From Caldilineaceae bacterium (GTDB lineage: Bacteria > Chloroflexota > Anaerolineae > Caldilineales > Caldilineaceae), in contig CBDCQZ010000002.1 of the NCBI GenBank assembly GCA_965220715.1, positions 9,332 through 73,331 on the forward strand: a stretch of DNA of 64,000 nucleotides. Direction: 5' to 3'. Shown here piece after piece: positions 8,278 through 16,967 of this stretch. The notes below the pieces were generated by a model. It saw only the letters and a program-made list of their open reading frames with translations. It did not search any database and was not told the origin of the DNA. Within the stretch, counting starts at the first letter, position 1. Every line of letters begins with the position of its first letter. The position numbers and the translations under genes are program-made.

Positions 8278-11271
8278 TTAGAGCAAGGCCAGAGCCGCTT
8301 TTTCGGCCTCCTCCATCGCGTTGGACAGATTGTCAACGGTCATCACGCGACTTGGTTGCAGGAAAAGGAACGATACCTCCTTCACGGTGACACCGGTCGC
8401 CCGGTTCAAAGCGAGCGCGTACGCTCCACCTTGCAGGCGATAGCGCGCTGTCGCCAGTTCGACCGCGTCATCGGAGCCGAGCGCGTCGGTCTTGTAATCT
8501 ACGATCACGAAGCCGCCCTCCTCCTCGAACAACAGGTCGATGAACCCTTCAACAATGCCGGCGCCGACGGGGCCGGCCACCGGCGTCTCCCGCCACCAGC
8601 GCCCCGATGCCAGCGCACGCTGCACGAGATGGTTGTCAAGCGCGCCGCGCACGAGCCGCGCAATCTCATCCGCACGCCCCGGCACGCCTTCGGCTGCGGC
8701 TTGCGCCTGGGCGATATCGTCGAGGCCGCGCCCCGTGTGCAGATCGACAACCTGCAGCACCGCGTGAACCGCCCGTCCGATGTTGGTGCCGGCGCGCCCG
8801 CGCCTCCAGGGTTCGTCGGGGATCTCCTGCTCCGCCTTCGCTTCCTGGGCGAGACGGGTGGCGGCCGCCGAGATGGGGCGGGCGCGGGCCGCGTATAGCT
8901 CGCTTCTCTGCTGCTGCCAGCGCTGGCGCGCCGCGGGGGTGTCGTCGGCGGGGGACGCCGGCTCGTCGTCGGTGACGGAGGCGCGCGGCGCGGCGAGCAC
9001 CGGGGGATCGAATGGCTGCCAGAGATGGTCCGCCCCCTGCATGAATGCCTCGATACGGGCCGCGGCCGATTTGCTGCCCCTTGCGTTCCGGTAGAGGCTG
9101 ACGATGAGATGATCGCGCGCGCGCGTGGCGGCAACGTACATCAGTCGCACACGCTCCTCTTCTTCACGTTCCTTTTCAAACTCGGCCAAACTTTCGTGGC
9201 CCGCCGTCTGCAGGGACGCTCCTCTCGAACCCACCTTCACCTCGACCCGTCCGTTTTTACGGTCGAACAGCACGGGATCAGACCTGGGATTCTGGGCAGC
9301 GTTCAGCCCGGCCAAGAGGACGATGGGGAACTCCAGCCCCTTGGCGCCGTGGACGGTCATCACGCTGACTGCGCCGGCGTCGGACTCCCGGACGACCGTC
9401 TCCCGCGCTCTTGCCTGTTCTTCGCGCTGGCGATCCGTCCACGCGAGGAATGCGCGCAGGGAGGCTTCACCGGCCGCGGCAAAGGCCCGGGCGCGGTCTA
9501 TCAGGAAGCCGTAACGTGTCCACCGCCCGCGCCACTGCCGCTCGTCGAGGGCCAGTTCTCTGAGCCGCCGCGTGCGCACGAACTGCTCGATGAGCGCCGC
9601 CGGAGAGGTCCATCTGCGGCGCTCGTGGAACTCCCCCAGAACCGCCAGCGCGTCGGCGATGCGCCCAGGCGGGGCGTTGTCTTCGGCAAGGTAGTCGAAC
9701 TGGCCGCCCGCCTCGACGAATTTCAGCAGATCTGCGTCGGAGCAGGCGAAGGCCGGAGAGCGCAGCGCGGCCACGACCGCGACCGGATCGGTCGGATCGT
9801 CTATAGCCGCGAGACAGTTCAGCAGATCGCGCGCCTCCTGCGTATTGTAGATCAGGGTGGCGCTTTCGAGCCGGAAAGGTATGCCCGCGTCTTCGAATGC
9901 AATTTCAAGAGCATCAAAGCCGGCGCGGCGAGGCATCAGGACGCAGATGTCCTGATAGGCCGCGGGGCGGAAGACCGTGCCGTCGTCCTCGGAACGAACC
10001 TGCCAGCCCTCCTCGATCGCTGCCCGTACCGCATTAGCGATGGCTTCGGCTTCCTGGCGGCGCACGACTCCGATATTTCCGTCGATTTCTCCTCCCATGT
10101 AGCGAACGGGGGGCGACTGATCATCCTGCGTGCCCGCGACAAGGTCGGAGTAGTCGGCCTGCGCTTCGCCCTCCTGCATCCATTGAGAGAATACGTGGTT
10201 GACCCAGTCGATGACCGGCGGCAGCGAGCGGAAGTTCTGTTGGAGTAACACGTTGACTCCGCCGACCGCCTCGTGCATCTGTTCAACCTGTTGAATGTCG
10301 GCGCGGCGGAAGCGGTAGATCGACTGTTTGGGGTCGCCGACGATGAAGAGCTTGCCGGTGGCGGGCTGCACTTTGCGCCAATCTTTGGGGCGGTCGTGCG
10401 GCCGCGTGCGTGCGTGCGTCTCTTCGGCCAGGAGCATGGCAATCTCGGCCTGAAGCGGGTCGGTGTCCTGCACTTCGTCGATGAGAATGTGGGTGTAGCG
10501 CTCTCGGAAGTGGTCACGCGCGTCGAGATTGTCCCGGAGCAGATCGCGTGCGAGGACGATCATGTCCAGGAACTCGACATGGCCGTCGGCCTTGCGTTCG
10601 GCGGCGTAATCGAGCGTAAAGCGGCGGAGCAGTTCGAGCGCCGGGATCAGTTCCGAGGCCTTCTCGCCTTCGATGGCATGGGGTGCAGGCGTATCAAAAG
10701 GGACGCCGCCAAGCAGATCGTGGTTCTTGTGGAAACTGTCCGCGATCTCACGGAGGTGACGCAGGGTCATGCCTGCGGCCAGGCCGGGCCGGAGCGCCTG
10801 CTGTGCCTTGGGGTCGTCGAGGGTCGCGTCGAGCCACGCTGACCAGCGGTTTTCGAATGCGATCTCGGCCTCGATTTCGTCGCGGATGGCGAAGCCGGGC
10901 GGCAGGCTCGCTTCCAATGGACGCTCGCCCAGAAGGCTGCCGGCGAAGCTGTGCAGCGTCTGAATGGCGGCCTGGTCCAACTCTGCCACGGCGTGTTGGC
11001 AACGTGCCCGCTCTTCCTGCCCCAGATGGGGATCACTGGCGGCCTTTTCGAGGCTCTCTGCGATGCGGGCACGCAGTTCGGCGGCAGCCGATTCGGTGAA
11101 GGTGATCGCCGCGACGCCGCCCAGCGTCGCGCGTCCCGTCTGTATGAGCGCGACGACGCGGTCGACGAGCGCGCGTGTCTTGCCGGCGCCGGCGCCCGCT
11201 TCGACCACCATGTTTTCGTCAAGGCGTTCGAGAATTGCGTTGCGTGCCGCCTGGTCGGAAAGGGTTCTCAT
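8278..11271 (-). CDS. addA: ATP-dependent helicase/nuclease subunit A (UvrD/PcrA-like motor plus C-terminal PD-(D/E)xK nuclease)
   Basis: Walker A AGAGAGKTRAL, UvrD-type motifs (LIDEVQDT, IVGDPKQSIYRFR, VMTVHGAKGLEFP) and C-terminal GFIDLLFEE..VIVDYKTD. I prefer the ATG at 11271 (MRTLSDQAARNAI). It overlaps the addB stop by 1 nt (TGATG). The longer track ORF to 11391 would overlap addB. Confidence 0.9.
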   Translation of the reverse strand: MRTLSDQAARNAILERLDENMVVEAGAGAGKTRALVDRVVALIQTGRATLGGVAAITFTESAAAELRARIAESLEKAASDPHLGQEERARCQHAVAELDQAAIQTLHSFAGSLLGERPLEASLPPGFAIRDEIEAEIAFENRWSAWLDATLDDPKAQQALRPGLAAGMTLRHLREIADSFHKNHDLLGGVPFDTPAPHAIEGEKASELIPALELLRRFTLDYAAERKADGHVEFLDMIVLARDLLRDNLDARDHFRERYTHILIDEVQDTDPLQAEIAMLLAEETHARTRPHDRPKDWRKVQPATGKLFIVGDPKQSIYRFRRADIQQVEQMHEAVGGVNVLLQQNFRSLPPVIDWVNHVFSQWMQEGEAQADYSDLVAGTQDDQSPPVRYMGGEIDGNIGVVRRQEAEAIANAVRAAIEEGWQVRSEDDGTVFRPAAYQDICVLMPRRAGFDALEIAFEDAGIPFRLESATLIYNTQEARDLLNCLAAIDDPTDPVAVVAALRSPAFACSDADLLKFVEAGGQFDYLAEDNAPPGRIADALAVLGEFHERRRWTSPAALIEQFVRTRRLRELALDERQWRGRWTRYGFLIDRARAFAAAGEASLRAFLAWTDRQREEQARARETVVRESDAGAVSVMTVHGAKGLEFPIVLLAGLNAAQNPRSDPVLFDRKNGRVEVKVGSRGASLQTAGHESLAEFEKEREEEERVRLMYVAATRARDHLIVSLYRNARGSKSAAARIEAFMQGADHLWQPFDPPVLAAPRASVTDDEPASPADDTPAARQRWQQQRSELYAARARPISAAATRLAQEAKAEQEIPDEPWRRGRAGTNIGRAVHAVLQVVDLHTGRGLDDIAQAQAAAEGVPGRADEIARLVRGALDNHLVQRALASGRWWRETPVAGPVGAGIVEGFIDLLFEEEGGFVIVDYKTDALGSDDAVELATARYRLQGGAYALALNRATGVTVKEVSFLFLQPSRVMTVDNLSNAMEEAEKAALALL

Positions 11272-14200
11272 CAGCTTCCCTCCCCGTCGGCCATCGCCAC
11301 GTAGGCGGCCAATCGTGGATCGTTGCGCTTGCGCTGCCAATGCTGCTCGCGCCGTGTCGGACAGAGATTCTTGAAGTCGCAGTAGCGGCAATTGGTCCCG
11401 TCCTTGCCCGGATTGGCGGGGAAGAGGCCGGCGCCGATGCCGTCGGTGATGGTGCCCACGACGGCGGCAAAGGCGTCGAGCATCTTGTCGAGATGCCCCG
11501 GTTTGGGGGGGCGTGTCACAAATTTTTCCTTCGCCGTCACGAACCAGTAAGCGACCTGTATGTCGACCCCGTCGCCCAGCAGCTGCCGGGCCGCGAGACC
11601 GTACACGGGCAGCTGCAAGCGTGTGCCTCGTCGGACGGGGTCTTTATTCAAGTTCGTGTATTCACCCGTTCCGCCCGACTTGTAATCGAGGACGAGGGCG
11701 GTATCGCCGGACGGTGAGAGGTCGATGCGGTCGATGAAGCCGCGAAACCGGAGCGGGCCGGTCTGGGCGCTCGACCACTCGACGGGGCCCAGCGGCGGCG
11801 GTTGTTCGTGCCGGGGAATTCCGAAAGCGCTTTCGACCGCGTGGGGCGAGACGCCATGTTTGCGGCGAAGTTTGGCGTCTTCATCCAGGAATCGGTTCAG
11901 ATCGTTCAGTATTTCACTTTGGGCCAACTCCCACAGGAGCGGTTTGCCCGTCACCCCGCGCTGTTCGGCCTGCTGAAACTCCTGTTCGGCGATCTCGATG
12001 AGCTGGCGACGATGGTCATCCGTCCAGGGTTGGTCGGGCAGCGGGATGGTGCCTTGCTCCTGCGCGGTTCTGATGAAGCGCTCAAGAATCGTATGCAGCA
12101 ACGAGCCTCGCTCCAGGGAGGAAATGGTCGTTACCTCCTCCGGCTGCTCCAGTGCGGCGATGCCGAGCACGTTGGAAAGAAAGTAGCGGAACGGGCAGGT
12201 CGCCCACGTCTCAAGTCGCGTTGGCGAGAAAATGTCACGGTTGGAAAGGCCGATGCGTCCGGAGGAAGAGGAGGCCGACGCAAGGTCTCCGTCCCAGCGT
12301 GTCAACGGTCTTGCGTTCCTGGCCCGCTGCATTTCCAGGGCGTTCGTGAAAACGGTTTCCGACTGGGCGAGGTGATGATCGCCGATGTGGTAGCCAAGTT
12401 GCCGCCACTGTGACAGCCGGTGGAGATCATAGTCATGGATGTCGGCAGGCTGCGCTTCTGATAGGGCGTTGATGCCGTCCTGGGCCGATACCACTTCTTC
12501 AAACCAGGGCTGTTCTCGCAGTGAGGCGAGATCACGGGGGGAGGAGAGCATCGAGGGGTAGACGGGCGAGCCGTTCAGGCGGGAGGCCTCTTCGAGAAAC
12601 CAGCGGGAGGGATGCTGCTCTCGCTGGGCGATGTTGTTGCCGCGGGCGAAGGTGAGCACGCGGGTGCGTCCGGCCGCGGCCGCGATGAGGTAGTCGTACC
12701 GTTCGGCGGCGGAGGAGCGGGGCGGGAGTCCCGCTTGCTCGCGTTCCCGCTGCGAAAGCAATGGATCGTCACGGATTTGCGCAGGCACGAGGCCCTCGAC
12801 CATGCCCACAAGGTACACCCTGTCGAAGCGCAGTCCGGCGGCGCTGCCGACGGGGCCGACGAACAGACCTTCGCCCAATGCGCCCACTCTTGTAGCGGAG
12901 CGATTGAGCGCTTCGTCAAGTGCAGCCCGGAAAGCGTCCAACTCCGCGCTGTCCTCCACCGCGTCGAGGATCGCCAACTCCCGCAGAGCCGATAGGATGA
13001 GGGCATGGTTTTCCCGCTCGGCAGAGGGGAGCGCGTCTTCGTCAAGGTATTGGGTGAGCAGCTCTTCGGCCCATTTGACGAACTCGGCCCATGTCAGGCG
13101 GCCGGTAGGACGCGCGAGGTTATCGTGCAGCCTCAGCATAAAGCTGCGCAAGGTCCACGCTTCTTCCGCCGACTGCTCCAACTTCGTTTGCTTGGCTGCG
13201 GATAGCTCTTCGCTCTGGCTTTTGGCCGTGCGCTGCTGGCGCGTCGCATAGTGCGCCAGGCGGTCGCGCCACTGCTCTATCCCGGCAACGACGCCCGCTT
13301 CACGCGAGACTGCGTCCCAACGCGAAGGGCTGAATCTGGCCGTTTGGGGCTTGACCGGACAGGAGGTGAGCCAGCGCATCACGTCGTCCCTGGGCAAGTC
13401 GCCGCCGGTGAGATCGACGATGCCTTTGAGCATGCGCCCGACCGGGGTCGCGGCCAGCTTTGCCGTTGATGGGCCGGCGGTGGGGATGCACGCGCCGGCG
13501 AACTGTTCGGCGATAAGCGCGGCATACGGCTCCCGCTGCCAGTAGAGGACCGCCATCCGCTGGAAGGGGGTGCCCGCGTGCGCGGCGGTGGCGATCGATC
13601 TGACGATGCTACGCACCTCTTCGCCGGTGTCGGAGGCGACGAGCAGGTGTGCCGGACGTTGGGGCCGTGTCGGGGGCGCAGAAGGCGCAGCGGTGGTGAG
13701 CATGGTTTTGTCGGCTTCTGGATCGCCGGTGGCGGCCAGGATCGTTACGCACGTCCATGCGTCGCGAAGGGCGTCGAGTAGGCGCCGCTCGGCGGGCGTC
13801 AGGGTGCGCGGCAGGTATGCGATGACGGGGCCGAGCGCGGTGAGGGCGGTTGCGGCGTGGTCGGTTCCCACCACGTCGGCGGCCGCTTCAGTGAGCGCTT
13901 CCCGGTCGTAGTATGCTTTAGTGTGGTGGCGAAAGCGTGAGTATAGTCGGGCGATTTCGCCGGGGATTCCGGGCTGCTGTTCGAGCGCGGTGAGGGCGTC
14001 CGGAGCGGCGGAGCGGAGGTCTCGGAACGTCGTGCGCAGGCTGGCGTGGAAGGAGGGATGGGCGCGGAAAGGTTCAAGCTGGCCTGCGGCATCGTTGGCC
14101 ACGCGGCGGACGGCAGCGAATTCGATGGGGGGCTTGAGCGGACGCCGGCCGCTGGCGGCCAGGCTGGGCGCTCCGATCAGTTCGGCGAGGCGGGCAAGCG

Positions 14201-14402
14201 GCATGAAACGCACGTTGACGAGGCCGCGCTTGCCGATGTCGCGACGCAGGTAGAGTCCTGCATAGGTTGTTGGCACGACGACGGTGACAGGGGCGAAGCG
14301 GTCTTCGGCCTGATATTCACTCAGAAGGCGTTCCAGGCGTTCCTGGGCCTGTTCGATGTGTTCAACATACGGGGGAGATTGCTGCATGTAACTTGTCTCC
14401 AT
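11271..14402 (-). CDS. addB: helicase/nuclease subunit B (AddB-type, inactive helicase-like domain plus nuclease with Fe-S cysteines)
   Basis: 1043-aa ORF directly upstream of and coupled to addA. No Walker A. C-terminal WATCPFRYF ... LVLDYKSG ... NCRYCDFKNLCP gives a four-Cys cluster around a PD-(D/E)xK core. Confidence 0.8.
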   Translation of the reverse strand: METSYMQQSPPYVEHIEQAQERLERLLSEYQAEDRFAPVTVVVPTTYAGLYLRRDIGKRGLVNVRFMPLARLAELIGAPSLAASGRRPLKPPIEFAAVRRVANDAAGQLEPFRAHPSFHASLRTTFRDLRSAAPDALTALEQQPGIPGEIARLYSRFRHHTKAYYDREALTEAAADVVGTDHAATALTALGPVIAYLPRTLTPAERRLLDALRDAWTCVTILAATGDPEADKTMLTTAAPSAPPTRPQRPAHLLVASDTGEEVRSIVRSIATAAHAGTPFQRMAVLYWQREPYAALIAEQFAGACIPTAGPSTAKLAATPVGRMLKGIVDLTGGDLPRDDVMRWLTSCPVKPQTARFSPSRWDAVSREAGVVAGIEQWRDRLAHYATRQQRTAKSQSEELSAAKQTKLEQSAEEAWTLRSFMLRLHDNLARPTGRLTWAEFVKWAEELLTQYLDEDALPSAERENHALILSALRELAILDAVEDSAELDAFRAALDEALNRSATRVGALGEGLFVGPVGSAAGLRFDRVYLVGMVEGLVPAQIRDDPLLSQREREQAGLPPRSSAAERYDYLIAAAAGRTRVLTFARGNNIAQREQHPSRWFLEEASRLNGSPVYPSMLSSPRDLASLREQPWFEEVVSAQDGINALSEAQPADIHDYDLHRLSQWRQLGYHIGDHHLAQSETVFTNALEMQRARNARPLTRWDGDLASASSSSGRIGLSNRDIFSPTRLETWATCPFRYFLSNVLGIAALEQPEEVTTISSLERGSLLHTILERFIRTAQEQGTIPLPDQPWTDDHRRQLIEIAEQEFQQAEQRGVTGKPLLWELAQSEILNDLNRFLDEDAKLRRKHGVSPHAVESAFGIPRHEQPPPLGPVEWSSAQTGPLRFRGFIDRIDLSPSGDTALVLDYKSGGTGEYTNLNKDPVRRGTRLQLPVYGLAARQLLGDGVDIQVAYWFVTAKEKFVTRPPKPGHLDKMLDAFAAVVGTITDGIGAGLFPANPGKDGTNCRYCDFKNLCPTRREQHWQRKRNDPRLAAYVAMADGEGS

Positions 14403-14984
14403 TGCGGGGCGTAGGGCACGCGGTTAATCTGTTTTCCGTCAGAGTATACGTCAGGATGAGCAATGGTCGCACATGCTCGTGGGGTGAAACGGAGAGGTGC
14501 CGCGATCATGCGGCGGGCGGGAGAGAAACCTTTCAATCAGCCGCAAGTGGTAAACGTACTTCGACGTTCCTGCCACCTTCGATGACCCGATGACCGGCCC
14601 TGCCGTCCGCATTATCCGCTGAGCTTTCGCGTCCATGTTCCTGTTGTTCCATTTCCTGGCTGGGCTTGGAACATCACCCGCTGAATCCACCTTGTTCCAC
14701 TTTCCCCATTTCGTAGCTAAGGCTGCCCCATGACCGTGGAAGGAGCTCCGGAAACAGATTGCTCTGCTCTGATGTGGCAGACTACGCCATTCGCCTCGCT
14801 TTCAGCTACGGAATCGCCCGATCTGCAACTTTCCGCTCTGCGAGATCTCCTGTACACGGGTAACACACCGCCAACGTCCCCTCGAATCTCGCGCCTCGTG
14901 AGGTGGGCTGTGCGCGAGCCCGTTGACAGGCCGCCCCCCTCTAATCCGGCGCTGCCGTTCAACGTCTGCCCGAGGCATTGCATC

Positions 14985-15006
14985 ATGGTAACGGTGACGT
15001 TACCAT
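14985..15006. promoter_or_regulatory. palindrome ATGGTAACG-GTGA-CGTTACCAT immediately upstream of the toxin-antitoxin remnant (candidate operator)
   Basis: 9-bp perfect inverted arms ending 6 nt before the ATG at 15013. Operator function is inferred from its position. Confidence 0.4.
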
Positions 15007-15012
15007 ATCTAC

Positions 15013-15483
15013 ATGATCGAGATCGGAGAATACTATAGACGACCGAGGCCGCAGTCCATTCGGTCGATGGTCTCGACGCTAGGGCAGCGGTCAGGGTCAG
15101 GACGGCCCTCGCCCGGCATGGAGGCTGGAAACCTGTCCAACGTCAGAGGCGTTGGGAGCGGAGTGCTAGAGTGCCGCATAAACGTCGGCCTGGGCTGCAG
15201 AGTCTATTTCGGCAGGGACGGAGCCACCTTGATAGTCCTGCTCGGTGGTGGGACCAACTCTCACCATCAGCGGGACGTCGATATGGGCAAGATCGTACTG
15301 CGTGACTACATCAACGCGACCATCGGGTTCGAGGAGCTTGGCTCCCTCACGAACAAGCCGCCCAAGAGTCTCATGCGCATGTTCGGACCGTCCGGCAATC
15401 CCCATGCCCGCAACCTGTTCGAGGTCATCAGCCGCATTCAGCAGCACGAGGGCGTCCAACTCGAAGTGAACGCCGTTCGATAG
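15013..15483 (+). pseudogene. decayed HigB/RelE-like addiction-module killer fused to a truncated HigA-like antidote
   Basis: The killer core is readable (EAGNLSNVRGVGSGVLECRINVGLGCRVYFGRDGATLIVLLGGGTNSHHQRD). The expected N-terminal residues (DDRGRSPFGRW..., AVRVRTALAR) lie in the two other frames, which implies frameshifts. There is no stop before an antidote-like tail (DYINA...KSLMRMFGPSGNPHARNLFEVI...GVQLEV). Confidence 0.55.
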
Positions 15484-15578
15484 TCGAAAGGTCTCCAACT
15501 GAACCGCCGGGGCTGGTAGAACGGTAGTTCAGGTTCCGTCGCAACTTGATTACCAACTCTCCACAAGGAGAAGTAGAA

Positions 15579-16367
15579 ATGTCCAACATCGTCTACGTGT
15601 TAACCAATCCGGCGATGCCGGGAATCGTGAAAATCGGTATGACCGATAGGCCGGACGTACAGCGTAGAATGGGAGACCTGTACACGACAGGTGTGCCGCT
15701 TCCCTTTGACTGCGTCATCGCCCGAGAAATCGAGGACAGGGAAGCTGTTGAGATTGAGCGGGCACTGCACACGGCCTTTGGGCCAAACCGGATAAACCCC
15801 TCTCGAGAGTTCTTCCAAGTGGAACCCGAGCAAATCGAGGTCCTGTTACGGGTGATGCCAGGCCGAGACGTAACGTCGCAGGACACCGATCAGTCGGCGG
15901 AGCTTCAGCCGGATGACAGGGAGGCATCTTCAGAGTTCAAGAGGCGTCAGAGCCGAACCGACGAACTGGAATTCATCGAGTCTCTTAACAAGAACGGGAA
16001 AACTGTCTACGAAAGAGTGCTGGCACTTGGAAAGCAGGGCGGAATGAGAATCAAATGGGGCCTCAAGGGGTTCTCACTCAACGCGGTATCCAGCGGGGCT
16101 CTGATCGTGGTCTGCTACGGCTACCCGCCATCGGCGTACAACCAGAACATTTACACTGACTTCGACTCGGTGCTAAGGAAGTCAAACGTCCCACAGGATG
16201 TGGTGGAAACACTGAGGACCAATGCGCTGAACACTCGCCTGTTTGCGCCTGCGGGCAGGGGCAACAATCTTGTGTGTCGGACCGACCGGAGTTGGGACGA
16301 ACCCGAGTTGGCTGAGCTGACGAGGTGGTTGAGTACAGTCGTAGAGCGCATCCGCGAATTCGAATAG
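15579..16367 (+). CDS. T5orf172/MUG113-type GIY-YIG-like domain protein with an uncharacterised C-terminal half
   Basis: AAGGAG RBS at 15565-15570 with ATG at 15579. N-terminus VYVLTNPAMPGIVKIGMTDRPDVQRRMGDLYTTGVPLPF...ALHTAF...NPSREFF fits the T5orf172 pattern. Confidence 0.65.
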   Translation: MSNIVYVLTNPAMPGIVKIGMTDRPDVQRRMGDLYTTGVPLPFDCVIAREIEDREAVEIERALHTAFGPNRINPSREFFQVEPEQIEVLLRVMPGRDVTSQDTDQSAELQPDDREASSEFKRRQSRTDELEFIESLNKNGKTVYERVLALGKQGGMRIKWGLKGFSLNAVSSGALIVVCYGYPPSAYNQNIYTDFDSVLRKSNVPQDVVETLRTNALNTRLFAPAGRGNNLVCRTDRSWDEPELAELTRWLSTVVERIREFE

Positions 16368-16535
16368 GTGAACCCAAGCAAGGTAGCTGGGTACGTCTTC
16401 CTAGTCCTTCCCTTCTTTAGTCCAACGGCGACACGGGGCGGATACGAGTTGCTGCAGTCGGCCGTGCCCTGACCGGCCGACGAGGGGGAGCGAGAAGGCC
16501 CGCCGCCGACAACCGGCGCGGGTCAAGGAGCAAAG

Positions 16536-16967
16536 ATGATGATGACAGTTCACCGCGCCCAGCTTGTACTGTTGCGCTGGCTGGTCCTGCTTTCCCCCTT
16601 CTTGTTGACCGGAGCCTGTGTGGCACAGGATTTGGTTGTCAGCCCGCTGGGGACAGTGGTGGTCGGTCCTGGGGAGGAGATTCAGATCCGTTCGGTTGAG
16701 GTTCTCACGGGCATCGGCGAACTGGGGATTCCCAGGCAACGGGCGGTGGCGATGGCACTGGCCGATTACGGCCCGATCAAGGGGCATACCGTCAGCATGG
16801 GGGCCGGCCTCGACTCGCTCTGCACTGCGGAAGGCGGTCTGGGAGCGGCGGAGATGGTCGTTGACGACGCGCGCGTTGTGGGGGTCATCGACCGCACCCC
16901 CGAGCCGCCCCACCACGGCCTGGGATCGGGGTACTATGTCAACGTTCTGGCCCGTCGAGTTCAATGA
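16536..16967 (+). pseudogene. 5-prime fragment of a periplasmic solute-binding protein gene (LivK/branched-chain amino-acid type)
   Basis: Signal peptide (LVLLRWLVLLSPFLLTGACVAQ). Conserved N-terminal lobe pattern (IQIRSVEVLTG..., ALADYGPIKGHTV, DSLCTAEGGLGAAEMVVDDARVVGVI). Homology stops near 16920, where the convergent SbcC-like gene ends. Confidence 0.55.

Noticed and set aside
9025-10248. 407-aa plus-strand ORF and other large ORFs antisense to addA/addB (8176-8898, 11802-12413 and others).
   Set aside because: These are shadow ORFs typical of high-GC DNA. They have no motifs and overlap strongly supported genes.
8278-11391. The 1037-aa version of the addA ORF starting at 11391.
   Set aside because: The first 40 codons overlap addB out of frame and have no family-like sequence. 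The ATG at 11271 gives a classic TGATG coupling and a UvrD-like N-terminus.
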